This document shows positions 24,530 to 36,749 of a DNA stretch of 64,000 bases, piece by piece. A program made the position numbers and the translations under genes. Source of the stretch: Mobula hypostoma (taxonomy: Eukaryota); the NCBI RefSeq assembly GCF_963921235.1, contig NC_086097.1, positions 43,898,001 to 43,962,000 on the forward strand, written 5' to 3'. The notes beneath the pieces are model-generated. The model was given only the letters and a program-made list of their open reading frames with translations. It was not told where the DNA came from and searched no databases. Position 1 is the first letter of the stretch; every line of letters begins with the position of its first letter.

Positions 24530-25165
24530 TAAATACTGCTTGTGCATCAAGAGTATCTACACATTTCCACAACCATTTCAGCAGTGTGTTCCAGATTTTA
24601 TTCAATCTTTGGGATCCTCAGATGGCCTGAAACCCCTTTTTCTTGCTCTAAACCAATGTCCTCGTTTTTGACATCTCCATGATAGGATAAAGATTCCCAC
24701 AATCTGCCAGGTCTTTGTCCCTCATAATTTTGTACACCTATATCAGGTCTCCCCTCAACCTCCTCCACTCCTAGGAAAACAAACCCACCCTTTAGTTCTC
24801 CTCATAACTGAAACACCTCTATCTGGCAACATCTAGGCAAATCTCCTCTTTCCAGTACTATCATGTCCTTCCTACGTGCATTTACACAGTACTCTAGTTG
24901 TAACCTAATTGATGTTTCCTGAAATCCTGCTGTAACCTTCCTGTTCTTGTGTTTAATGTATAAGCTAATGAAGGCCACCATCCTGTATACATTATCTACC
25001 ACCTTCAAGGATGTTTGAACATGTACACCAAGTCCTACTGTTACCCACTATTTTCTTAGGCTTTCCTATTTATCTGTTTATTCTTATAACCCTTCCGAAG
25101 TGCTCCACTTTTTAGCTGATCAGGATTAAATTCCATCCGTCATTCCTCTCCCCATTTTTCCAACA
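24530..25165 (-). mobile_element. Degenerate CR1 fragment
   Basis: ORF 24802-25008 reads IRLQLEYCV..RKDMIVLER. Confidence 0.7.
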
Positions 25166-25184
25166 GAGCAGTGCTTTCCTGTGA

Positions 25185-25490
25185 ACTGTCTTTTCTAATT
25201 GAACAGTTGGAGCAGTGGAAATGACATTCAGGGAAGTGGCGTGCTCCTCTTGCAGCACGTGGAAATCAGGGAGACCTGATGACAAGACATGCAAGAGGTT
25301 CATTTGGTTGCAGACCACGTTTGGTAACTGGAGCTGGAGTTGGAGGAACTACAGCTCATTTGGAAGACTGGGGGGGGGGGGGTGGTGGTCGTGGTGTTGA
25401 TAGACAGGGCTTACAGGGAGACAGTTGCTCCTAGGATGCCAGCAACTGGGTGACCGTCAGGAGAAGAAAAGGAATTGTGCAGTCACTGCA
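25185..25490 (+). mobile_element. CR1 ORF1 N-terminal zinc-finger/leucine-zipper fragment
   Basis: VACSSCSTW..CKR, then an LELELEEL-like segment. Confidence 0.6.
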
Positions 25491-25539
25491 GGGTTGGTGA
25501 ATTGCAGAAAGTCCAGGTGGTTGCTCAGGGTAGGGTTTC

Positions 25540-25990
25540 ATAGGTTCAAAAGCTCATTTATTATTAAAGTATGTATGCAGTATACAACTCTGAGATTGGT
25601 CTTCAACAGGTAGCCACGAAACAAAGAAAAACCATGGAAGTCAAAGAGAACCATCAAACCAGCCCCTTGCACAATAAAACATGATCTTCAAACCCCCCTC
25701 CCCACACAATTTAACAAAACTGAACAAGAACATCGACCTCCCCCCACTCCCCTCCCCCACAGAAAATGTAACAAGAACGTCGACCCCCAAACCACCCCCC
25801 AGCTTCCACACAAAATACTAACAACATGTGGCAAGAACAATGATCCTAAACCCTCTCCCTTCGCATAAAAAAGCAAAAGACTGAAAAGTCCACAGTTCAT
25901 AAACACAATAGTCCAATCCATAAATGCAGACCTGGGTAAGATTCTCTGCTGTCATTGAAAGAGAGACACCACTCGAATGGAGAGGCCTAT
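25540..25990 (-). mobile_element. Non-autonomous Rex1-related 3' fragment
   Basis: tttattattaaagtatgtatgcagtatacaactctgagat resembles the ends at 11390 and 8240. Confidence 0.5.
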
Positions 25991-26134
25991 CCTCTAGCAC
26001 AGCGAGCCACCACACAAAGTAAAATGAAGGGCCAGGTGGGAGGGAAATGTTGGAGAGATCGTGGAGTGTGCTAAAAGGTCAGCACCACACTGCGGGCCGA
26101 GGGCCTATACTGTTCTACGTCCTATGTTCTATAA

Positions 26135-26660
26135 CCACCCTCTTGAAGCACTTCTTTACGGTAGATGTGAGAGCTACAAGATGTTGAGGCAGCTCACCCT
26201 ACTCTTCTAGGGCACCGGTATGATTACTGCCCTTTTGAAGCATGTGGGGACCTTATACAACAGTAGTGAGAAGCTGAAGGTGTCCTTGAATACACCAGCC
26301 GGTTGGTTGGCAAAGATTTTCAGTTCTCCTTCAGGGCCTACCACCTTGTGAGATTTCACCCTGTTGTAGGATCTCCTGACATAGGCCTCTGAGTTGGAGA
26401 CAACAGGGCATAGGGATTTGGGTAGGTATAGTGTTATTCACTCTTTAAAAACATGCATAAAAAAGCATTAAATTCATCAGGGAGTGAAGGACCACTGCAA
26501 TTTCTGCTGTTTGGTTTCACCTTATTGGAAGTAATTTCAATGAAACCCTGTCACAGCTGTTGTGCATCAATTGTGTCTCTAATTCACATGGCATTGCCTT
26601 TTTGATCTCATAATGGCCTCCTGAAGGTCATACCTGGACTTCTTGTAGGATTTTGAATTG
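26135..26660 (-). mobile_element. Degenerate Rex1 ORF fragment
   Basis: Minus strand has CANQPAGVFKDTF- and PTCFKRAVIIPVP-like motifs. Confidence 0.65.
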
Positions 26661-26811
26661 CCATGTTGTTTGTCTGTTTTTATAATTGTCTAAAAGGAGA
26701 TGTTTGATGTAAATACATGGCTTGTTATGTCACCTCACAGAGCAATTAATAATCATTTGATTAATAACCAATTAGTCCTGAGTCACATACAGGTCAGCAA
26801 ATTCCATTTCA

Positions 26812-26965
26812 ACCAAGAGAAAATCTGCGGATGCTGGAAATCCAAGCAGCACGCACAAAATACTGGAGTTGTTTGGTGAAGGGAGAGTCTGATAGAAGAG
26901 GACAGAAGGCCTTGGAAGAAAGAAAAGGGTGGAGGAGCACCAGAGAGAGGCGATGGGTGGGCAAA
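26812..26965 (-). mobile_element. PLE pseudo-LTR fragment (hammerhead deleted)
   Basis: agagaaatctgcggatgctggaaatcc terminal motif, joined to a purine-rich segment like 24215-24290. Confidence 0.7.
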
Positions 26966-27572
26966 TTCCTTCTGTTTAGGGGAAATATTAATCCAGATGG
27001 TTTTTGCAACAGTCTGTAATCTCAGACTGAGACTGAATTTTTAAAAAATGCAGATGTTTCTATCTGATTTTAAATTCCTTCGCTGCTGTGGTGGGATTTG
27101 AACTCCTGTATTTGAATTGATGATCTAAATTACCCTTCTAGCCCCATGCTACTGTTGCCAGCAGTGATTAGACATTTGAGACCGAATCTACCCCATAGTA
27201 TTTATGTATGGGAGAGTAGAAAGGCTCTGTCAGTCCTTCTATTGTTTTTCCTCTTTTGTTACCTAACAGGATTTAGTATTTTGGAGAAGTTTACGAATGA
27301 GGTCAACTGAGGTACTTGCTAACAGTTCAACCAAGGTTTTAGGATCCATGAATAACTCTATAATCCACTAAGCCTGAATAAAATGAGCCTTTTTACTTCT
27401 AAACAAAGTTAAGTTTCGTGGCTTTAAAATTTGACCATAAGATCATAAGGCATAGAAGCAGAATTAGACCATTCAGCCTGTCCAATCTGCTCTATCATTC
27501 CATCATGTTATTGCTCTCAAACCCGTTCTCCTGTCTTGTCCCCATAACCTTTGACACCCTGATTTATCAAGA

Positions 27573-27870
27573 ACTCAAGGTTCAGGGGGGAAGATTTAGG
27601 ACGAAGATGAGGAGAAACTGTTTTTCCCAGAGAGTGGTGAATCTGTGGAATTCTCTGCCCAGGGAAGCAGTTGAGGCTTCTTCACTAAATATATTTAAGA
27701 TACAGTTAGATAGGTTTTTACATAGTAAGGGAATTAAGGGTTATGGGGAAAAGGCAGGTAGATGGAGCTGAGTTTACGGACAGATCAGCCCATGTTCTTA
27801 TTGAATGGCGGGGCAGGCTTGGTGGGCTGGATGGCCTACTCCTGCTCCTATTTCTTATGTTCGTATGTTC
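27573..27870 (+). mobile_element. Young CR1 3'-end fragment nested in the opposite orientation
   Basis: LKVQGGRFRTKMRRNCFSQRVVNLWNSLP and tail ttcttatgttcgtatgttc. Confidence 0.85.
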
Positions 27871-28239
27871 ATCAACTTCCTCCTTAAATATACCCAGTGA
27901 CTTGGCCCGCATACTGTCTGTGGCTCTGTGGCAATGACTACCACAGATTCACCACTCTCTGGCTAAAGACTTTTTTTCTCATCTCTGTTCTAAATGGATA
28001 TCCCTCAATTCTGAGGCTGTGCCCACTGATCCTGGACTCCCCCACTATAGGAAACATCCTCTCTACACCCAGTTTATCCGGAGCTTTCAATATTTGATAG
28101 ATTGCAATGAGGTTCCTCCTCCCTTTATTCTTCTAAACTTCAGTGAGTACAGGCACAGAGCTAACAAACACTCCTCAAATGTTAACCTTTTCATTCCTGG
28201 GATAATTTTTGTGAGTTTCCTCTGGATTCTCTCCAATAC

Positions 28240-28468
28240 TGAAGCACCTTCAATAATTCCAAAAGACTGAAGTAGGGTAAACAGTGAAAGGCTTTTATTC
28301 GCAGTAAAACATGACCTCCATGCTGAGTGTCTGCCCCAGTCTGAGGAGGAGGAGCAGGGCAAAATCGCCTTTATTCAGGAATTTGTGGGAGGAGCCACAG
28401 AGGCAGTCAGCAGAGGGGCGTGTCCAGACAGTTAACCCAGTTACAACATATATATATGGTTTACCACA
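28240..28468 (-). mobile_element. Solo LTR, 229 bp
   Basis: TG...CA ends with a 5-bp TSD aatac (28235-28239 and 28469-28473). AATAAA is on the minus strand. It interrupts the CR1 cleanly. Confidence 0.85.
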
Positions 28469-30736
28469 AATACGAGGACATCTTTTCATAGATAAGGGGC
28501 CTAAAACTGCTCATAATGCTCCAAGTGCGGTCTGACCAATGCCTTCTAAAGCCACAGCATTAGCTCCTTTCTTTTGTATTCTAGTCCTCTTGAATTGAAT
28601 GCTAACATTGTATTTGCCTTCCTACCTCCAACTCAACCTGCAAGTTAACATTTAGGGAATCTTGCATGAGGACTCCCAAGTCCCTCTGCTTCTCTGATTC
28701 ATGAATTTTCTCCCCATCTAGAAAATAGTCCACAACTTTATTCCTTGTGCCAAAGTTCATGACCATGCACTTCCCTGCACTATATTCCATCTGCCACTTC
28801 TTTGCCCATTCACCTGATCTGTCCAAGACCTTCTGAAGACACACTGTTTTCTCCACACTATCTGCCCCTTCACCTATCTTTATATCGTCAACTAACTTGG
28901 CCCCTAAGCCACCAATTCCTTCATCCAAATCATCCAAACCTGGCTGTGCAATATCCATTGTTTGGCTGATTAAGATGTTAAACTGGCTCCAATGCATTTT
29001 TCATTACGCCTGTCCACCTGTACAAGTAAATAGCTAACACCTATCTGATGTATGCAAGATGGGCATATTGTGATGTCTGTCATGGCAGTGTGGTTAAAAT
29101 AGAGCAAAGCATTTCATTCAACATTTTGCCTGAAACTTGCACAGCTGCAGAAGTCCCAGTCAATATTATTTCAGGGATCACTGATCCTTTGCAAGGCCAT
29201 TATTAAGTCATAAAGTAATACAGCATTTGGCTCATCATGGCCGTGTCGACCCACGGTATTAATCTCAATTTTCAACACTTAGTCTATAACCTTCTCTTAT
29301 GAAGGACCAGTCCTGTGCAGGAGTCCCACTAATTCTTATCCTCTTGTTTTATTAAGAGGCAAAGAATCTTGCTGTCTGTCCTATCTATAGTCCTCATAAT
29401 TTTATATAAATTTTACATACCTCAAACATCTCCCTACTCACCTTTTCCACTCCAGGGAAGAACAATCTAGCCTCTGCAGTCACTCCTCATAACTAAAACA
29501 CTTTATCCCAGTTGCTGGTGACCTCACTGGTGCTTGCTCCAATTCCAGATGAGTTTGATTATATTTTTGACTTGTTTCAGTTTGCTAATCCAGTAGGCAA
29601 ATGCCTCAGCCTTGATTTTATTGCCATGGCATAGTTGTAAAGTATTGATAAGCATTCCTCTTGGACTAGAGAAAGGTATAGAAGGACGAACTGCTGGATA
29701 AGGAAGTGGAGGTAAGTGGGCATATCCACCAATCTGATTCTTCAGTGTGAGATAGTGTACGAAGTGTTCTGCTTCAATAGGGGGATTCATGGGCACACAT
29801 ATATGGTAAGAGTTCTGAGGATCACTGAGCGCTATATACCGCATCAACATCTGCAGACTTGAAGCAGAGTCAAGACCACCTTTCTCAAGGTTGTCGTTGG
29901 ATTTGAGCTGCAAATATTTGTGCCATCTTGGAGTTGGCTATCCAGTATGACATAAATGAATTCACTAAAATCATTAGCTGGAATGGATTTATCTTGCTAC
30001 GACATAATTTAGTCATTTTGCTCAATTTTAGGTGGAAGCCAATGAATTGCAAGAGAGACGGTGCAGTCTGGAGTGCAGGTCCAAGGCTAGATCACCAGGG
30101 AAAGTGGACAAAGGAATGGCACATGGACTTTAACTCAGGCACGTGCGAAATGACAAGGGCAAGGACCATGATTTGAGCTGAATTTGTATGTGCTCAAATT
30201 TAATTGGTCAGGGCACTTGAAAACCAAGAATTCCCTCTATGTATAAGGTTCTGTAAAGTTTAACCAATAAACAAACGTAAAGCTGAGGAGAAAGCTGATA
30301 ATGTCCAGAAAAGTTTGGCCTTAAAAGAACAGATTCTCAGCAGCAAAAGCACTACAGTGAGGAAGAGATGATCTGGTACATACAAGCACAAATTGATTGT
30401 TCATGGATTGATCACTGGGGCAGCCCAGTGGGGCATGCGAATTTAAGCTTGTAACATCGAAAGAGGGAACACTGAAGGTAGCAGTATCTGCCACTACATT
30501 GCTATTGCAATCTCTTAATTCAAGTAAAGGCAAAATGTTGGAAGAAATTCCAGCCTGTCATCACTTATTAAATCCCTGGCTTGGACTCTTCTACCACTGA
30601 TGGTAGGTTGATTTTCACACATTGTAAACATGGGTAAGTTAGTGGAGCTACTTGTCTTACACAGATATAAGTGAATTGGCAGATGAGCAATTATAAATCA
30701 TTTAAAATGACAGGAGAGTATCAGCTCTAAAGACAA

Positions 30737-31182
30737 ACTAGAGAAAATCTGCAGATGCTGGAAATCCAAGCAACACATACAAGGTGCTGGAGGGTCTCTG
30801 CAGACCAGGCCATATCTTTGGAAAAGAGTAAACAGTTGGCATTTTGAGCTGAGACACTTCATCAGGACTAGCAGAAAAAAAGAGGATCACAGATTGCAGA
30901 TTTTCTCTTGTTTGTTTGTGATTGGACTACTACATTGCAAAGTCTCTTCCAGGGATGACTACTCTGAAGAAGTTTAAATTTTCCCTTCAATGGGAGTTCA
31001 GTGAAACCCTCTCTCACTGCTCCTCCTCTGAGATCATCTCTTTTCTCCAGTCCTGATGAAGGGTCTTGGCCTGAAACAGCGACTATACTCTTTTCCATAG
31101 ATGCCTACCTGGCCTGCTGAGCTGCTCCAGCATTTTGTGTGGGGTGCTTGGATTTCCAGCGTCTGCAGATTTTCTCTCGTTT
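30737..31182. mobile_element. Inverted pair of PLE terminal fragments
   Basis: Minus copy at about 30737-30885 and plus copy at about 31035-31182. The plus copy hammerhead (31049-31084) has CAGC in place of CGTC. Confidence 0.85.
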
Positions 31183-31662
31183 GTAAGTGACTGTGAAGGT
31201 TTGATTCCTGATGTAGAGGATAGTCTTGATTTCGAAACTGAATGGAAGATCCATGGAGATCATTGAATGAAAAGAAATAAGATACAACCGTGAAAATGCA
31301 GTTTGTTTTTATAGGAAATCCATTGTTCTTTAAAGAAAAATCATCTAAAAAGGAAAATATCCAGCATTAGCTCATTCCCTACTCAAAAGACTACAAAAAA
31401 CAAATAACTGAGCACAAAATGCTGTAGAAATGGTCCTGAGGTAGAAGTAGTGCAACGGGAAAAGACTGAATACTCTGATACTAAGTTGTGACCTCTCCTG
31501 GAAGATGGCAAGATCAATGTTTTGAATCAGTCTGAAAGACCTGGCCAGGAAATGTACAAGTTACAATGATATTATAAGAAAGAATCACTTTGAGAATGTG
31601 TTGCGATTTTTTTATTATCAATCTCATACTATATTATTTTAAACTGAAACCAGTTACAGTTG

Positions 31663-31864
31663 TTGAAGAAGAAGAAGAAGAATAGCCCTTAACTCGGCAG
31701 TGGAGTTATTGGGGCACCTTCTTTTGACGGTGTTTCCGTAGCAAGCTATTATTGTTTTTATGAGGCTGAGTTGCTAGCTCGATGCTCAACCCGACTTGGA
31801 TTCGAACTTGGGAACCTTCGCTCCGGAGTCCGGCGCTGATACTATTGCGCCAGCAGGCAGGACT
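31663..31864 (-). mobile_element. tRNA(Arg)-derived SINE with a (TTC)n tail
   Basis: B-box gttcgaatcc and anticodon-like CCG. 12-bp TSD cagttacagttg at 31651-31662 and 31865-31876. Confidence 0.85.
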
Positions 31865-31876
31865 CAGTTACAGTTG

Positions 31877-32185
31877 ATGGTATGAATATCAATTTCTCCT
31901 CCTGGTAAACAAATTCCCAACCCCCTTCTTCCTCTGTTCCCCACTCCGATCCTTTACCCTTCTCACTTGCCAATTACTCCCCCCTCAGTCCCCTCCTTCC
32001 CTTTCTCCTGTGGTCCACTCTCCTATCCTATCAGATTCCTTCTTCTCTAACCCTTGACCTTTCCTACCAAACGGGCTTCACCTATTGCCTTCCAGCTAGC
32101 CTCCTTCCCCTCCCCCCACCTTTTTATTCTGGCATCCTCTACTTTCCTTCTCAGCCCTGATTTTCAACCTCTGCAGACTTGTGTC
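31877..32185 (+). mobile_element. PLE pseudo-LTR fragment
   Basis: gatggtatgaatatcaatttc (DGMNINF) followed by a pyrimidine-rich UTR like 24080-24390. Confidence 0.75.
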
Positions 32186-32273
32186 CACAGTTGATCGATG
32201 GTCATTTTCTATTTGCATTTATATTTGCTGACAATACACTTGGAGCAAATCCTGCAGACTGGCTGACTGCGTC

Positions 32274-32753
32274 GGGGCAGCGTGGCAATGTAGTGGTTAG
32301 CACGTAGCTTTACGGTGCCAGCTCTCAATTCCTGCCACTGCTTATAAGGAGTTTTCTCTCTGTGATCACGAGGAATTCTGCAGATGCTGAAAATTCAAGC
32401 ATCATTAAATTTGCTGGTGAACGCAGCAGGCCAGGCAGCATCTCCAGGAAGAGGTACAGTCGACGTTTCGGGCCGAGACCCTTCCTGGAGATGCTGCCTG
32501 GCCTGCTGTGTTCACCAGCAAATTTGATGTGTGTTGCTTCTCTCTGTGCTGTATGGGTTTCCTCTGGGCACACAGCTACTTCCCATGTTCGACAAACATA
32601 TGGGTTAATATTAGTGAGTTGTGGTCGTGATTTGCTGGCATTGGAAGTGTGGCTTCCAAACAGCACAAGCCTTGCTGATTTGATGCAAAATGACACATTT
32701 TTCTGATTGTTTCGATGTAGATTTGACAAATAAAGCTAATCTTTATCTCTTTA
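32274..32753 (+). mobile_element. V-SINE with a Rex1-type tail, interrupted by a PLE hairpin
   Basis: Head ggggcagcgtggcaatgtagtggttagc, core atgggtttcctctggg and tail tgacaaataaagctaatctt. Confidence 0.75.
32365..32537. mobile_element. PLE-derived fold-back insertion
   Basis: 49-nt inverted arms at 32403-32451 and 32481-32529. TSD ttctctctgtg at 32354-32364 and 32538-32548. Confidence 0.9.
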
Positions 32754-32845
32754 TTTTCATCTAAACATTAATGTTGCTTAGTTATCTTGCTAGTTAACTA
32801 AAAATATTGTTCCTGAGCAGCTCATGCTAACGTTCTCTTACTTCT

Positions 32846-33230
32846 TACTGCCCAGGATCATCACTTTGTTGTGGTAGCAAGGCTCGTGAGTTCCTGAGAG
32901 TCCAAGAGTGACGCCCTCTGGAGTTTAGCCATCTGATGCTCAGCTCCTGGCAGGGTCAACCATGGCGGTATCATCAAAGGAGAGTTTCCAGACAAAGACT
33001 GATCCAACCGAGACCTCAGTGGTGGAGCTGGTGATAGCTGATGACACACCACATCGACAGTGAAGGTGGAGGAAGGCTGCAGCAAAGGAAGGTCCCCAGT
33101 CATCTTGCATTCCAGGCCACTGGACCCCGACTCCAATCTGTCAAGGGCTGTGTGGTGGCTGCCCGTGCATTAGCCTCCCCTACGTTAAACAAAGTCATGC
33201 ACAGGCATTCTCCATGAAGGGAATCCACCT
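32846..33230 (+). mobile_element. RTE-clade LINE 5' UTR fragment
   Basis: ggatcatcactttgttgtgg..cagggtcaaccatggcgg..ccagacaaagactgatcc resembles the conserved RTE/BovB 5' motif (from recollection, not aligned). Confidence 0.55.
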
Positions 33231-34235
33231 TCTTGCCAGCTCAGAGACTGGGATGTATCAAATGGTACATTATGAACTCTATTATTAATACCAGTGTTCT
33301 TGACCCTTTAGAAATTAAAATCAATCAAAAAATAGTATTAACTATATTAGGGATCTAGTATAAAATCCCAGGTAAATTATTAAAATTCTGACAATTCATT
33401 TGGTATAGATTACGTTGGCTAGAAGTTATCGATAAAACTACAATGATGGCTTAAAACTTTTGCAGACAATATTAAATACTACAAATGTGAGAATAAAGAC
33501 TCCTGAGACTAAAATGACTGCTTTTGTTTCAGCATTTTCTCATTTATCTGCAAATGGCAGTGTTGGTAATCTTGGAATCCAAGTAGGCTTTTTGACTTCC
33601 AAAGGAAACAACATTTTGAACAAGATTTTTATATATAAATATTAAATCTGGCAGTTAACGAATATTTTAAAGCTGTTGGTTTAACAAATTCAGACTACTG
33701 CTTAAATGCCATTTAAAATTTGGGTAACTTTAGAAGTACTAAGTTAAGGATTTTACATCCACAGATGGTTGATAAAATAATTGTAGAACCATAGAGAAAC
33801 TGTATCCCTTTTCAGAACAACTGAAGGCAGAATAATGAACAAATCAATTACATACAATAGAAGGACTTCAACTTCAGCTGAGAGATGAGATGGGTTAGGT
33901 GTGTCTAATGCGAAGCTGGGAAGCGAAATTTAATTGCAACACTCCTTTGAGTAGCTTCCCACTCGTATGCAGCCCAATAGCCAAATTGCTTACAAGGCTG
34001 AAGAACACCTAGATAGGTTTGAGAAAGATATGTGGAACTGGGGCTTGAAATGCAGGACCCCTGACTGAGGACTGTGGTCTGAGGATGGGAGGTTGTGATG
34101 AGAGACGGTTGGATGGAGTGTTTCCATTCAGGGATTATTTCTAGCAATGGCTGGTTCACAGAAGACACTACTTGAAGGCGGGGCCTGGTGATCTTGGGAA
34201 TAGATGTTAGTCGGGGAGAAGCAGACTGATTGTCG

Positions 34236-34415
34236 GCTGGAGAAACTCAGCAGGTCAGGTAGCATCTATGGAGGGGACTAAACAGTCCAGGTTTCAGGCT
34301 GAGACCCTTCGTCAAACGTTTGTTCCCCTCCATGAGCGCTGTTTGACCTGCTTAGGTCCTCCAGCATTTTGTGTGTATTACTCTGGATTTCCAACATCTG
34401 CAGAATCTCTTGTTC
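34236..34415. mobile_element. Older PLE fold-back fragment
   Basis: Minus copy runs through a decayed hammerhead (TTGACGA..GAAA), then a plus copy of the same terminal sequence follows. Confidence 0.75.
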
Positions 34416-35869
34416 AAGATTGCAGGCTGGATTGGGTTGTCTGCAGTTTGGCACATGGGACCTATAGGAGAGGCTTTTGTGGTAAATTCACTCATCTCAT
34501 GATGCCCCATTTCAATGACCCAGTTTCCAGAAGCCTGAAAGAAGCCACATTTTGTGGTTTAATAATCATATTCCAATACCTCACGCGATTAATTTTCCTG
34601 CAGGCAGACTGGCCAACTCTGCTGACTCAAGAAACTGGCAGATCAGATTATTGTTTCAGGTGTTTTTCATTTTTATCTCTGACATAAACCCATTTTTGGA
34701 ATTAAAAATCAAACTAAGGTTTATTGCATTTAGCTGTACTGCATGATCTCCATGATGAAACATCAGAATATTTAATTACTTTGAAGATAATCAACAGTAT
34801 AAACTCCATACAATTGATTGCTTGTTCTCATTAAATACTAAGATAAAACAAGTGCTTAGTTAGGTTGTTGCTGAATGTGTACCAGATTTGTTACTCCTAA
34901 AATAGCCTTAAATACTGTTCTCATCTTTTATTGGCAGGCATTATAATCAAAAATAGCACAAACCTTGCCTCTTTGTGGATAAAATGAAGACCTCAAAGGA
35001 CCTACTCTGGCACAAGCTGAATAAAATGCTTATTTTTAAGATGCCAAAACAATAAAGGCATATTGTGAAACAAAATTAGGCTTTGAATCCCAAGCAGGCT
35101 AGCCTCAAGTGACCTACTGCAAATAAAAAGCTAGTATCAGACATCTGAACATTTTGCAACATAATTCCGCCTTGAATTAGAACTTAATCAGATTCATTGG
35201 GAATTTCTAGGAGATTTGTGTCAAATCAAGTCTATATAAAACTTCAGTTTTGTGATTGTGCAGGAATTTTGGCACTGGGCTTGAATAAAGCATTATTGGA
35301 TTAAAGAGCACCAAAGGAAAAAATATTGTCTTAATTTGCTTAGTTTTGTATTACTGTTAGTTACAGAAGTTTATGCAGGAGTTTATAAACTCTCAGTGTA
35401 TTCAATCCAAAGAAAATAAAAGGACCATTTCCTAAAGTGAGTTATAGTTCTCAAAGATGAAAAGTAAGGCACTTAAAAAAATCAAAAAAAGGTTCATTAA
35501 GAATCTGACTACTTGATAGGCTGTGAGCTGTTACTTTAATTTTCCACAACAGTCTGCTCCTGTCGGATATCTTCTCCTCCCTACTGAACGATCAGCGATC
35601 CCTGGTTAGTTGAATGGAAGACTGATAGAGTCCATACACATGAAATTATCTCATTCTCATCATGCAAAGGGCCATACTGTTTCCTCTTCATCCTTGAATC
35701 CACTGGCATGACTTCTGTTTTGTATTAAATATTGGCTGATATCTTTATTATTTATTATTCCGCTGCACCCGATGAACAGAGACATTTGTTCTGTATGGAA
35801 TCTGCTAGCTCTTATTAAAATATTCAACCTTGGTAGTGATGTGGATAGAAAAGAAGGTTACTAAGCTAA

Positions 35870-36059
35870 AGGTTGCTGGCCGGTGGTATGATAGCAACTA
35901 CACTGGACTTCAAGGCGAGTGGTTGCAGGTTCGAATCCGGCCGGGCCCTTGCACTGGGATGAGCGTCTAGCTAACAATTTGGCCTCATAACAAACAGACA
36001 AATGCTAAAGAAGTGGTTGCCATCCAATGCGCCACAAGGCACGGAGAGGAACAACAACA
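35870..36059 (+). mobile_element. tRNA(Arg)-derived SINE with a (CAA)n tail
   Basis: B-box ggttcgaatcc; homologous to 20543-20747. TSD aagctaa at 35863-35869 and 36060-36066. Confidence 0.85.
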
Positions 36060-36402
36060 AAGCTAATATGGATTGGATGGAAAGTTGGGCAGAGTGGAGG
36101 CAATTGGAATATAATCTCAATTAGTGCAAGGTGATGAATTTTGGAAAGTTAAAGAAGGATAATTCATATTAAGTAGAGGGGACGCACTAAGGAACAGTGG
36201 GACCAATGGGTTTAAGTCAATAGTACCCTGAAAATGGCAACATAGATTGATAGGGTCGAGAAGAAGATAAGTGGCATGCTTTCCTTCAAAGGTTAGAGCA
36301 CAGAATGTAAGAGCTTGGTTGTTACATTGCATCTTTACAAAAGCACTGGTTAGTTTGCCTTTGGAGAACTTTGTGCTGTTCTGGTGACTACATGACAGGA
36401 AG

Positions 36403-36571
36403 TGTAATGTATGGATCTATTTATTTTAAAGCAATGAACTCTACCTCCCTTAACACTACATACTGATCTATTGTTTTCTCTCTCTCGTTGCAATGTGAAT
36501 ACACCAGTTAAAGCCATCTCCTGTTTGCACGCTTCTATTTAATTGATATGTAGCTATGCACAGACACAACA
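36403..36571 (+). repeat. Gypsy 5' LTR
   Basis: TGTAA...ACAACA, homologous to 46423-46618. Followed by PBS tggtgacgag (36575-36584). Confidence 0.9.
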
Positions 36572-36749
36572 AATTGGTGACGAGTACGAATCTGAATATC
36601 AGAGAATATCACCGACTACACCAACAGTTACAGGACAAAACAGTGAGAGTTAAACAGCATGAGAAGGCCATCACAGATGCTAACAAACATTTGAGTACAG
36701 TGCATAGTACAGTGAAAGACACGCTGAATTTAAAGTGAAATTTAAAGTG

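Larger units (their letters stand above)
27433..28935 (-). mobile_element. CR1 3' portion, interrupted by a CR1 3' piece and a solo LTR
   Basis: ORFs 28602-28997 and 28087-28362 carry the CR1 RT C-terminus. The (ccataaga)-type tail is at about 27435. Confidence 0.85.

Noticed and set aside
29524..29913. 129-aa minus-strand ORF as a host exon
   Set aside because: No recognisable domain or convincing splice context; possibly an old repeat remnant.
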